DNA from: Rhizophagus irregularis
Lineage: Eukaryota
Direction of reading: 5' to 3'
Assembly (NCBI RefSeq): GCF_026210795.1
Contig: NC_089434.1
Coordinates: 744,001 to 808,000, forward strand
Length of the DNA: 64,000 bases
Shown: in pieces, positions 26,736 through 37,988 of the stretch
How the letters are laid out: the number at the start of each line of letters is the position of its first letter
How positions within the stretch are numbered: the stretch's first letter is position 1
The notes under the pieces: generated by a model
Told to the model about the DNA's origin: nothing
Databases searched by the model: none
What the model saw: only the letters and a program-made list of their open reading frames with translations
Translations under genes and position numbers: made by a program

Positions 26736-26839
26736 GGGCAGTGACATATATTAGCTAATATTATTTTACACTTTCAGGTAAGATATTGCAACCAATCATT
26801 TTCTTTATAAATTTTATTGGCTATTATATGTCACTGCCC
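26736..26839. mobile_element. 104-bp MITE with TTAA TSD and GG..CC termini (Kolobok-like)
   Basis: TIR GGGCAGTGACATATATTAGCTAATA / TATTGGCTATTATATGTCACTGCCC (23/25 match); TTAA at 26732-26735 and 26840-26843; absent from the paralogous left arm (empty site). Confidence 0.85.
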
Positions 26840-26869
26840 TTAAATTATAAACTGGTTGTAGCAGGTAAG

Positions 26870-26948
26870 CCTGAACGAAGCTTGTCACCTCTACGTGGTG
26901 TTCAGGAGAAACAGTTTATAGGTTAACTATATCTGGCCAAGAGCAAGC
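26870..26948 (+). ncRNA. HDV-like self-cleaving ribozyme candidate, copy 2
   Basis: P1 CCTGAAC/GTTCAGG; P2 GCTTGTC/GA(G)CAAGC; P3 ACC/GGT; L3 TCTACGT; P1.1 CT/AG; P4 CAG..TATAG/CTATA..CTG; J4/2 GCCAA with putative catalytic C at 26937. Confidence 0.7.
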
Positions 26949-27429
26949 ATTTATAATTATGTGTTTTAATTGTTTATAACATACTAAATCGTAAAATTTG
27001 CCTTTAAATGTGTGATATAACTAATCTTTTATTGGATAAACAAAGTTACAGATAAGTTACACGTATAAAAGTAGACTGTTTCTCGAAAAATCCATAATCA
27101 ACGATCGATCAGAAATTGAAAGAAAAATAGAAAATCGTTATGATTTTGTATTTCTAGGGATTTTTTTCGATAAAAATGACAAAAAAAATAATTACGAAGC
27201 TTATACTATAAAATTTCTTGGATGCCAGAATTTCTTCTAAAGATAGGTGACGTGAATTAGAGTAATTTGTGTGGTGGTGTGATTTGGCGAACGATCTTTG
27301 TTTTTGGAATGACCGGATCGGGATCACATGGTTATAAATGTTGACGTCACAAACTGATGATATTCGTTTTCTATTTATTAAATATTTTTAGATAATAAGA
27401 AATTAGTATCTATTATTTGTGTTTTATAG

Positions 27430-27820
27430 ATGATGATATAATAATCCAAGTCTTCATTCAGAAGAACAAGAAGAATTCGAATCTTAATGGTTTGTTTTAT
27501 TTTATAAATAATGTTTATAATAGCTAGTGGTACTTTTTTTTTATTAACTAATGCATCTGTTTTTTCTTTAGAGGGATTTTAAATTATTTTAAAATTAGAT
27601 CAAAAGCAATATTAATATTTATTTTATTTAGAAAGTGTATTATTTAAACTACTAAGAGTAAAAGAAATCCTTAGTTTGTAATTTAAATAATTCTTTTATG
27701 TTATATAAATTATGGTTTTATATTATTTGTGTATTTTAAATTTAATTTTATTGACATTTAAATAAAATCGTTTACATTATATAAATTTGGATTTAGGTAT
27801 TTTTGTATAATACACAACAA
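27430..27820 (+). pseudogene. Second orphan kinase 3' end (direct repeat of 20100-20560)
   Basis: Same NNP(S)LHSEEQEEFE exon, ag|AGGGATTTTAA terminal exon, hairpin 27639-27691 and downstream flank. Confidence 0.8.
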
Positions 27821-28772
27821 ATATACAGTAGCATAATAAATTCAATTATAACTTTAGCTAATTAGTATGTTTTACACGTATAGTAAAATTAATTTTTGAA
27901 AAAGAATTAATTTTTACAATTTTTCTTTGAATTAAATTATGCAAAATTTATTGCTACTTTCTTTTGGTTTTCTCACTTTCTTTATTGTAACCTGATCAGA
28001 CGTGTACCAGTAAAACTGTTTGCACATACGATCGTTCACAATAATATCACGTAATTGAATGTAATTTCAGCCAGCATTATGATGGTTTCATTAGGGCTAA
28101 AATGCACATGATAAATTGACAGAAAACTGAAATATTTTTGTCCAATTAATGACTAAAATTTTTATATTTGTACAGAGTGGATATGATTTGTTCGTTAAAT
28201 TGTGTTCAATTACTGTATAAAGGATTATTAAAAGGACGTAATAAAATTAACTCTTCAATGATATAAAGTAAATAAAATGGAAGTAACCATCGTTACGACA
28301 GTGTTGCGACTTATTTATTATAAATTCATTAAATTAGTATTATATTTGTAGGAAATCAAAAATTTTATATTATCGAAAAAAGTTAAACTATTTATTTAAT
28401 GAATAACGAAGTTATAACAACAATAATAAAAGAACCTTGCTCTTCTACCCACTTTTCCCGTCAGAAATCTTATTCTGACAACTTTTCTTGTAAAAATAAA
28501 TATTCCTTCGTTTCTGATCTTCAACCTGCTTCCCTATTTAGTAATATTTTGAATATAATTCCCATACCCAAATCTAAAAATAAATACGAACACAAGAATT
28601 ATGTAATACTAAACACTACATAGTCAAGTTTATACTCGTGATCCGGGAGTCGAGTCATACACGTCATAATATCAAATATAAAATTTATACACCTAAACTA
28701 AATATGTTACTGCGCCTTACACTTAATAAATTCACTAGGTAAATTCTGGCATTACACTGCTTTAATTTAATG

Positions 28773-28943
28773 TTCAGGTTCTCTATCCCGCTGGAATAGC
28801 CCGCTATTGGTTCTCAGGTTTCATCAACCAAAGGTGGTATCGTCACGTAGTAGACGGTTTGGTTCATATAGTCGTTAGAATTACTTTTGGTTCTAGTTAT
28901 AGTTTCCTGGTAATTTGTACTGTGACCTAAATAAAAATAAAAT
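28773..28943 (+). mobile_element. Short retroposed insertion (5'-truncated LINE 3' UTR or SINE-like), 171 bp
   Basis: Perfect 16-bp direct repeat CTGCTTTAATTTAATG at 28757-28772 and 28944-28959; GC-richer body ending in the A-rich tail TAAATAAAAATAAAAT. Confidence 0.75.
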
Positions 28944-29996
28944 CTGCTTTAATTTAATGCTAATTCATAATTTTTATAGAATAATTTCATTATTAATATC
29001 TAACATAAAAAAACAAATGGGGACAAAGTTTTTCCCATACATGACAATCCCTAGTTATTAAATAAAGATTGTATGTAACTAAATTATTTAAATGAGTATG
29101 AAATATAATAAATTATAAATAATATTTGTTTAATTTCATAAGGATGTTTTACAAAGTTTGAAAACATTATAATAACAGCATGATATAAATTTTTTACAGT
29201 TAATATTAATAAGTATGAATATTATATAAAAGAAGTATATTAAACATAATCAGCAGACTTGGCTAATATTGTGTTGTTAATATTGACACTAATTTTATTA
29301 AACAATCTTCGTTAAAACTAATTCAAAAACAAATTATTAAAAATGATAAATTAAAATTATTGTCACTTATTAGTTTGTAGAAATAAAATATTTCCATGAT
29401 ATTAGCTATTTAACCTTATTCCAAAAACTCAAAAAAAAAGCGCTACACAATTTAATTTATAAATATTATGATGTACAATTCTTTCGGGATGCCATTGATT
29501 TATTTTTTTTTTAAAAAAAAAAAATTAAAGATACAGTACAGGTAATGAAAGTAATGAAAATTCTTAATGAAAAACTTTCTTGCTACATATGGCTTTAGAT
29601 TTTATATAAACAAATAAATTGACTAATTTAGTTTATATTTTTTTTTATTCAATTTATTGATTATTAATGAAGTACTTTTTTTAAAGAAAAGATTTACTAC
29701 GGTGTACCGTTTGGATGAAAAGTGCCAAAATTTCGAAAAATTGATTTTTCGAATTTTTGAATTTGTTAGGTAATGGACTTGTAAATATGTTAGTGAGACA
29801 TTATAAGATTTTTTCTTTATTGACATTTTTATCATTTAAGTTTATTATCCAAACCAGTCTAATGTCCTATTTTTAAATATCTTATTTTAAATTTAAATGT
29901 AATTATTGATCAAATAATTCTGACATATCTTAGTATAAAAAGGAAAGTTATTAAATATTTAAACGAGTGGAAAAATAAATAAACTTATAAAAACCA

Positions 29997-30565
29997 TAGG
30001 GTTGGATTAATCCGGTCTGGTCTGGTCTGGTCCCAAAAAGACCGGTCTTTCAACCTGGACTGGACTGGACCGGAACCGGACCGATTTAAATTTAAGAAAT
30101 TTGTCCCTATGATTTCAAGCCTCTAAATTACACAACATTTTTTATTAAAACAGTTATAGAACGTTGCGAAACGTTTTTTAACTTGTAATTTAACAAATAA
30201 AAAAATGTTTCACAACGTTTTTTTATTAAAGCAGTTAAAGAACGTTGTGGAACGTTTTTTAATATGTAATTTAACAAATGAAAAAACGTTTCACAACGTT
30301 TTTTATTAAAACAGTCAAAGAGCGTTGCGAAACGTTTTTAACATGCAATTTAACAATAAAAAACGTTGGGGAAACGTTTTTTATTAAGCAATTTAATAAA
30401 ACAAAAATGGTTTCGCACGTTTTTTAATTATTTTAATGAGTCATTTTTATTGGATATTAATAATATGGATCGATCTCCGGTCCAGACCGGTCCTCAGATT
30501 TCGGACCGAAGACCGGTCCCAAGACCGACGCAGGACTGGTCTTTGCTAGGACCGATCCAACCCTA
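29997..30565. mobile_element. Non-autonomous hAT element (569 bp)
   Basis: TIR TAGGGTTGGAT/ATCCAACCCTA; 8-bp TSD AAAAACCA (29989-29996, 30566-30573); subterminal GGTCT/GACC repeats; internal ~80-bp AACGTT-rich tandem units. Confidence 0.92.
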
Positions 30566-31124
30566 AAAAACCATATGAAATGTGAAATTTATATATTACT
30601 TGATTATTAAGATAGATAGTTATGTTATTTAAAGTAAGATTGAAAATGGAGCACAGCCTAAAAAAACTATCAAAAGCATTTGTTATGCACAATAATTAAT
30701 ATGATTTTTAAGTATTGACAGTTGCAAATATATTACAGTTTTACATTTAACAATCAAATAATAATTATCAAATAAGCATGAAAAAAATTTAAAATCTTTG
30801 TTTATATAGATAGAATATTCATAAATATAAAATCCAATAAATCTACTGTATATATACTATAATATTTTACATGAATAATAAAACTAAAAATAATAATTTA
30901 TAAAGCATAATGAAAGAAAAATAAAAGTAAAACTACAGTAACTTCAATACACAAACTAGTAATTTAAACTATTTGACTCTAACTTTCACATAAAAGAAAA
31001 CTTCATTCAATATTATATTCACTATCTTGACAAATTTCATTTAGTACTATTAAAAAAAAAATAGATTAGATAAATTAAAAAGGAAATATTAGTAAAATTA
31101 CAAATAAATAATAACTTACTCAAT

Positions 31125-32971
31125 TCACTTAATTGAACAATCTAAGCATTCTGAAACTGTATATTATGTATTCATAGTATTTAAATGTTAACAAATGTAA
31201 ATAAAATAATTACAATAATGATAATTAAAAGAATACTTACTTGGATTTTCTGATGTTGATTGAGCAGTATAATTAGCATCTAATAAAAATAAAATAATAT
31301 AAATAATGTAAAATGGATTATATGATAAAAAATTAAACTTATTTACCTGAACTGAATTGAAAAGATAATAAGTCTGAAGAATTTACTGGTTTTGGAAGAT
31401 TTTTGAAATTTAAAAGTCTACTTGTATAAAATGCTTGTGGGTGTGTTTGGAAGCTTTTGGATTTATCTTCATTTGGCCTGTTTTTGAATTTTTCTTTTCT
31501 AATTTTATCACATTCTTTTATTTGAAAATATATTTCACTATTTTGACTATTGTCACCATTTTCACTATCTTTAACATCTTCACTATCTTCACTATCTTTA
31601 CTATCTTCACTATTTTTAATATCTTTGATTTTATTATTCCATTTTGTTAATATCTGATACAATTCTTTAGTGGTTAGTCTCTTTTCTATTTCAGCATCCC
31701 AACATTTTACTATCAAATCTGTAAGTAACTTTGGAACATCATTAGAAATTGTTGGTCTAAGTCCTTTACATACTTTAATAGCTAAAAAACAATCATGAGG
31801 AATATCATTAAAAGGAATTTCTTCAGAAAGAAATTCATTCATTATTATTCCAAATGAGTAAATATCTGCTGCTTTTGTATATTGGTATCCGCGTAAAACT
31901 TCTGGTGCCATATATGGTAATACTCCATAAATTCCTTCTTTTTTAACTAATTGCTTTATATTTGCTGGTTGACACATACCTAAATCACTTATAAATGGAT
32001 AACCACCAGAACCATATAATATATTGCCTGAATGAAAATCTTTGTGAACTTTTTCAGCATTATGAATATCTAAAAGTCCTCTTGCAATTTGTTGTAATTT
32101 ATCAATTTTTGATTGATAATTGATATAATTTATAGATTTATTTAAATAATTTCTCAGATTTCCAATTTCACAATAATATAAAACCATCATATACTCTTTA
32201 TTATTTGGATCTTGAGTAATTCCAAAACATTGAACAATGTCAGTAAGATAAATCTGAAGATGAGATTTAATCTAATTATCATCAAAAAAAAAAAATTTAT
32301 TAATAAATAAATGCAAATAACAATCTTTACATATAAGACAGAGTAAGTTTAAATTACCTCATTAAAAAAATCTGAACATATATTGAAAGAATTATTCAAA
32401 CTTTTCAATGCATATTTATTAAACTTGTATCTATACCACTTTTGATTTTCAATATCCCAATATCCAATATTTCCTTCAGGCCATTCTGCTGAATAAATCT
32501 TACCAAAACCACCTTCTGCAATATAAGTGACATTTTGAAATTTTTCAAAAGGTAACCATTCAAGACATGTTTTATAATGTACAGCATTAAGTTGTGATTG
32601 TTGTATAAATTCATCAATATCTTTATTTCCACTAGTCCAATTTTTAAAATTATCCTTAAATCTTTTAGCATTACAAGATTGACACCAATATTCTCCCGTG
32701 CCAGGTTCTTTACATTCTCCACATATTCCATATGCTTGTCTTCTTTTTTCTAAATCTTCTATATAAACTATTCTTTCAAATACATTTTCTAATTCAATAG
32801 TTGAATCAATAGTAGAAATTGTAACACGTTTCTTTTAATAGACAAAAAATTATTAATATTTTTAACTACAAAAATTCAATAAATAGTAATTATAATTATT
32901 AAAAATATTAAATTGCTATTAACCTGATATTTACTATCATACTCCCATAAATCTTTTGGCTTTTCATTCAT
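31125..32971 (-). CDS. TKL-type protein kinase (minus strand)
   Basis: Exons 32971-32924, 32831-32358, 32271-31347, 31279-31241, 31156-31125. Motifs CGEC..WCQSC, AEGGFG, HKDFHSGN, DLG, APE; in-frame 9-bp DSE/DSK repeat. As written it ends ECLDCSIK*; a further exon relic lies near 31046. Confidence 0.9.
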
Positions 32972-35315
32972 ATTAATTAATTTTAGTTGTGGATTATAAT
33001 TTTAATTTTAGTTATATAAATAAATAACTAATAAATTTCAGAATTATTAAAAGTAAAAGAAAAAAAAATTATGAACGAAATTCAATATATTGCGCACCTT
33101 TATTTGTATTACCTTTGTATTACTATTTACAGCATTTGTACAACTATTTTATACAAACACAAACATTACTATTTTTGTGACAAAGAAAATTCGTATGAAC
33201 GGTATGATCACCATAAAAAGAAAGAAAATAAATCTAACCCGAAATGGGGAAATGATGGTTACATGAGGAGTAAAGGACCAATGCTTTTACGTTTTGTGAA
33301 GTTCAAGTAAAAATAATTTTACTTCGCATTTTCAGTATTATTTTTTCACTAATGTATATGTACAATTGTACATCATTGTAATTTTTTTTCAAAAATAATA
33401 AAATAATTTTGAAAATGTTATTATACAATTTTAAATTGGGTAAATTTAAAACAAAAAGAAGATCTATTTATGCTTTTTATTTTACAATATTTTATTTAAT
33501 TTTGTATCGACAGACGTATTTTTTGAATTGAGATCATAATAATCATATCTTCCATATTACCTTTGCACTAATCTTGATGAGACGTAAAAAAATTAAGAGC
33601 AAATAAAGTGTAAAAATTATGCTCAAATAGTAAATGGCTCTTATACTAACAAATTCATTTCTATAATAAAATATTAACAAATGTTTTTAAAAAAGACAAA
33701 AAACATCCTTCGACAATAAGATAACATTTTAGTTTAGTGAAATTAAGAAGAAACTCAACTCATTAACATTTGCAGGCAAGGAAGATTCGTGTAATAAATC
33801 AAAATAAAAATTTTAATTTGTTTATCTGAAAGATCGTCTTAAAATAAAAATTATTTCCTGAAATATTGATAAATAGTTAAATACTGCGAAAGTTTATTCA
33901 CAAAATCAAATGAATTAACTTATTCAAATAATTATTTCTTTTATACTTTTTGTTCATCTCTCCTGAAATAGGTGTTTATTTGGAGAATATTTTTTTTTTT
34001 TTGTATTTTAAATATTTTAAATGAAAAAATTATTATTGAAGACGAAATGATCAACCAGTTACTGCGATTTTGTAATAATTGATATACTGTTATTCCGGTT
34101 GTGCTTTTGCACATAATGCATTTTTCATAATATTGTTACCATATTATACTAATTACAAATAAAGGCGTTTAATAATAATAAAAAAAAGGAAAAAAAAATA
34201 TTTACTTTTTTTCCAATTAGTGAGAATTTTAATATAGTAATGGGCCAACGTATTGGTAATGGTAAAGCATACATATAACATGAAAGTTGAAATATTAAGA
34301 TTTTTATTTATTAAAAAAATTTAATTGTAAATAATCAAATATAATTAAACCAAATTTTCAATATAACAAAACTAGTTAATGATAATAAGATCCATAATTA
34401 AATTTTTCTTGATAAAAATATGTCCTTAAATTTAAAAAAACGTTTTAAAATCAAAAGCATTCCAATACTACACATATTGTATTATTACAGTTTAAACAAA
34501 TAATTCGAATAGTGATTGCGCACTTATCATTGACGTTTGTCGCAAATTTTAATATTTTATTTATTTTGCCATAAAAAATAATTAATTATTTATAAATTAC
34601 AATCAAATATCATTATTGTATAAACAATATCTCCTGGGAATTGTTTGTATAATAGGAAGAAATTTATTAAAATTGACGTAAAATTTTTAATATTTCAATT
34701 AAACTCTAATTTTTTTTTTTGTGGTTTCCTGTAGGGTTGTTGTTTCTTTCGATACTTTATTTAACAGAGAGGTGTTGCTGCTATTTGCACAATTCAATCC
34801 GTGGTAATTTTACAATTATTTATTAGCATTATATAATTTTTTTAGTCTTTTTTTTTCATCAAATTGTGAAAATTTATATTATTGTAACATAGAAGCAGGT
34901 TTCAAAATTTTCACTCTCAAAAGATACTCGTTCCGATGTCCCGTATTTGTTTCTTCAATCATAATATAATACTTTCAATACACAGAATCACGGATTGTTT
35001 AACTTAATCCCTTGTTTTTCGAAAGTCAAAATATGTACAATTTGATTGGTATAAATCATAAATCTCATGATAAAATAGTAATGACGTGCAAACGATACAA
35101 ACGATACAAACATCTTTTGAAAGTTGAAAATTACGAAATTATGTAGAAATCTTTATAATGACACGTAATACAACTATCAAGCTTATACACGATTAATTTA
35201 ATAGAGAGTTATAATAAAACTCCGTTCTGAAAAATTTTATCTTTTCAAATTTCTTAGTTATTTTTTTTAAAACTAATAATTATAAAAATATTTTAATGGA
35301 AAAAAAAATAAAATT

Positions 35316-37200
35316 ATGTATCCAATTTTTAAAAAATTAATTTTTGCAATTAATAGAGCGATTATATTATTTGATTATAATATTCATAGAAAATATAGAC
35401 GAGAAATTCAAATTTATAAAAAAAAACGGCACTTGAAGATGATTTCTTTACAATGATAAAAAAAGTTGAAGTAAAAAGAGAAATATAAAAAAGATTTATA
35501 AAATGTTTAGTTATACAGTCAGACCTCTATGTACCGATATCCTATGTACCGATAATTGCCTGTACCGATAAATTTTCTATGTCCCGTTTCACAATTAATG
35601 AAAAAATCTCGTTATACCGATATTATATATGGTTTCACGATGTAACATGTACCGATACTTTTCTTTGCCCCTTTATAATTAATACATAGTAAGATGTACC
35701 GATACTTTAGGTTACACTGGTATTAATTCGGGTCAATACTAGCTATGAATTTGGCCGGAGTTAACATAAAGGTTCCATCCAAATCACATGACATTTTAAT
35801 ATATTAGCTATCCGGAGTTTACATAATGCTGGCAAGAGTTGGATTTTGGCCCGCATTATGATTCACTGATGACGGTTATGTAACGATAATTTGATATACC
35901 GATATATTTTCCCCAAAACAACAGTATCGGTACATAGAGGTCCGACTGTATTATAGTATTCGAAATTATTTAAAGGATAATTTTTAATTTTTTCAAATTG
36001 GGACATCCAAAAATGATGATCTTGATAATTTAACACTTGAACCGGATAAAATAATTGAATGGATTTCATTTAATAATTTATAAAATAATTGTTTAACGAA
36101 AGGTGAATTTTTGGAAATTTATTCAGCAAGATTAGATTTGTGATTATTAATGAATGGGATTCTAAAGAAAGACAATTAAAAAAAATTTGGAAGGTAATAA
36201 GTAATGCTTAAAAGATTAGTAATTCATAATCGGTTTGGAGAGTTATGTAATCTAAATAACTTAATAGTCGAGTTACTTTTTATCTAATACATTTTTTTTT
36301 TTATGGTCAAATTATATTAGCAGTAATATATATACAGAGATTGTTCCATATTATGGATTAACAAAAAATCAATCAAATGAAGATTACGTGCTCGTAATGA
36401 TCGTAATGTACATAAATTTAAAAGAATATTTACTAATAAATAAATCATAATCTACTTACATGAGAAGAAAGAATCCAAATTATTATTTTTGAATATAATT
36501 TTTGCACTTTCAAAATTCATAATGAAAATGCAATTCAATTTACATTCTGGAAATATATTATTTATACAACTTGATCCGAATTTCTCTTGGATTTTGTGAT
36601 CCTATAAATAAAAACTATCAAAAAGTGATATGGAAATCTTCATTATATAGCTATCTGAAATTTATAGTATAGAAATGATTATATGGAAAATTTCCTTTGG
36701 CCAACCACCATTTATTAATCATGAACATGATCATTTACTTTGCAATGAATATAATTAATGGTATAAGGCCAATAATAATACCAATACCAGAAACTCCCTT
36801 AAAATATAACATTTCTGGGATGCTGATCCATCGAAAAGCTTGGTATTTATACACTCAAGAAACATAACGGAAGAAATTAATCTATAATAACAAAATGGAG
36901 AAGTAAAAATAAATAGGACAAATAATTTACTAGAATCAAATTTCACTATCGGCAAAAGTAAAATTCATAATTCTGACAATTTTCCTGAACCAAGAAATGT
37001 AACAGAAGGTATTATTTGTATATTATTTAGTTAATTATAACATTTATTTACAATATATATATATCATTAATTATACCTTTATTTTAACTGAAGAACTTAA
37101 AGGTACTATATATAAATTGATGAATTTTATTTATAATTATCTATTTAATATTTATTTTATATTTTTTTTAGCGTTTCAGGCTTTCAAATTCCTTTTGATG
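35316..37200 (+). pseudogene. TKL kinase pseudogene of the 201/37989/42275 subfamily
   Basis: Collinear degenerate matches (GCAATTAATAGAGCGAT, TGGGATTCTAAAGAAAGACAATTA, CATTCTGGAAATATATTA, TGGGATGCTGATCCA, GAACCAAGAAATGTAACAGAAG|gt); many indels; MITE inserted in exon 1. Confidence 0.88.
35516..35948. mobile_element. pogo/Tigger-like MITE (433 bp) inserted in the kinase pseudogene
   Basis: 24-bp TIR CAGTCAGACCTCTATGTACCGATA / TATCGGTACATAGAGGTCCGACTG (1 mismatch); TA TSD; repeated GTACCGATA subterminal motif. Confidence 0.92.
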
Positions 37201-37230
37201 ATAAATGTTTATTAATTTATATTTAAAATA

Positions 37231-37506
37231 GGGTTTTGTTTTTTATCGCACCTGCGTTATGTCGCACCCCTATAATATGTTACATATAAAAGTCAAAAAT
37301 GACATTCTAAATCCTTTTTTGATATATTAAGAAAACTTGTAGAACGGTCAAAAATACGTATAGTATAAGGTTAAGGTCTCACGCAAGGATTTTTTAAAAA
37401 ATGGGAAATCTTAACGAAGTCATGTGATAAAAATGATCGACATAATTAATATATAAAAATTACCAAAAAAGGGAGATGCGACATATCGCAAGTGCGAAAA
37501 AAAACA
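37231..37506. mobile_element. MITE with ~33-bp imperfect TIRs at the truncated 3' end of the kinase pseudogene
   Basis: TGTTTTTTATCGCACCTGCGTTATGTCGCACCCC vs GGAGATGCGACATATCGCAAGTGCGAAAAAAAACA; TSD not found. Confidence 0.65.
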
Positions 37507-37988
37507 TTTTTGACAGAATCAGCAATATAACAAAAGGTTATTAGTAAGATAACTTTATTTGAAAATTTGTCTGACGTTTAGAATAGTCTCAATATAAATA
37601 AATAATTTGAATTGTGTAATATGAAAATCGTGCCCATAATATGAAAATCCCTGCGCCTGATCTATTCCTTATTTATCTGTTATTACACTAAATTTATTAA
37701 GTATCAGTCATACGTAATTTATGATGTAATAATTTCTTTCATTTATTTTTTATTGACCATTTTATTAAATTGTATTCGCTTAAAAAAAAAAATAAAATAA
37801 AAAAATAAAAATAAAATAAGAAAGTACGATAATATTTTTTCTTTTTTTGGTTATGAGGCGTAAAATACTACGCCTCAAGATCACAAAATTTATGTGGGCA
37901 CAACATAAAGTTTTTGATCAACAATTTGCATTTTACTAATTTATCTCGGAGTAACGAACTTAAAATAATTATTTCTTTCTTTCTCATT

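Larger units (their letters stand above)
26340..26960 (+). repeat. Right arm of inverted duplication: pyrimidine tract, ATG GCA AAG|GTAAGG, further splice signals, intronic ribozyme candidate
   Basis: See left arm; ATG at 26400, donors at 26409 and 26865. Confidence 0.8.

Noticed and set aside
26870..26950. H/ACA snoRNA or hammerhead interpretation of the conserved intronic block
   Set aside because: No canonical ANANNA hinge or terminal ACA, and no CUGANGA core with stems I-III; the HDV-like topology explains all conserved positions.
28745..28820. TPP riboswitch-like words (CTGAGA, GAACCTGA, TAATGCCAG) on the minus strand
   Set aside because: They straddle an insertion boundary and TSD, spacing is wrong and the closing P1/P4 elements are missing.
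30130..30430. CRISPR-like regular repeats
   Set aside because: Tandem ~80-bp units without unique spacers, inside a hAT element in eukaryotic DNA.
32405..32731. 108-aa minus-strand ORF in the track
   Set aside because: Wrong frame of kinase exon 2; the real exon (32831-32358) is in another frame.
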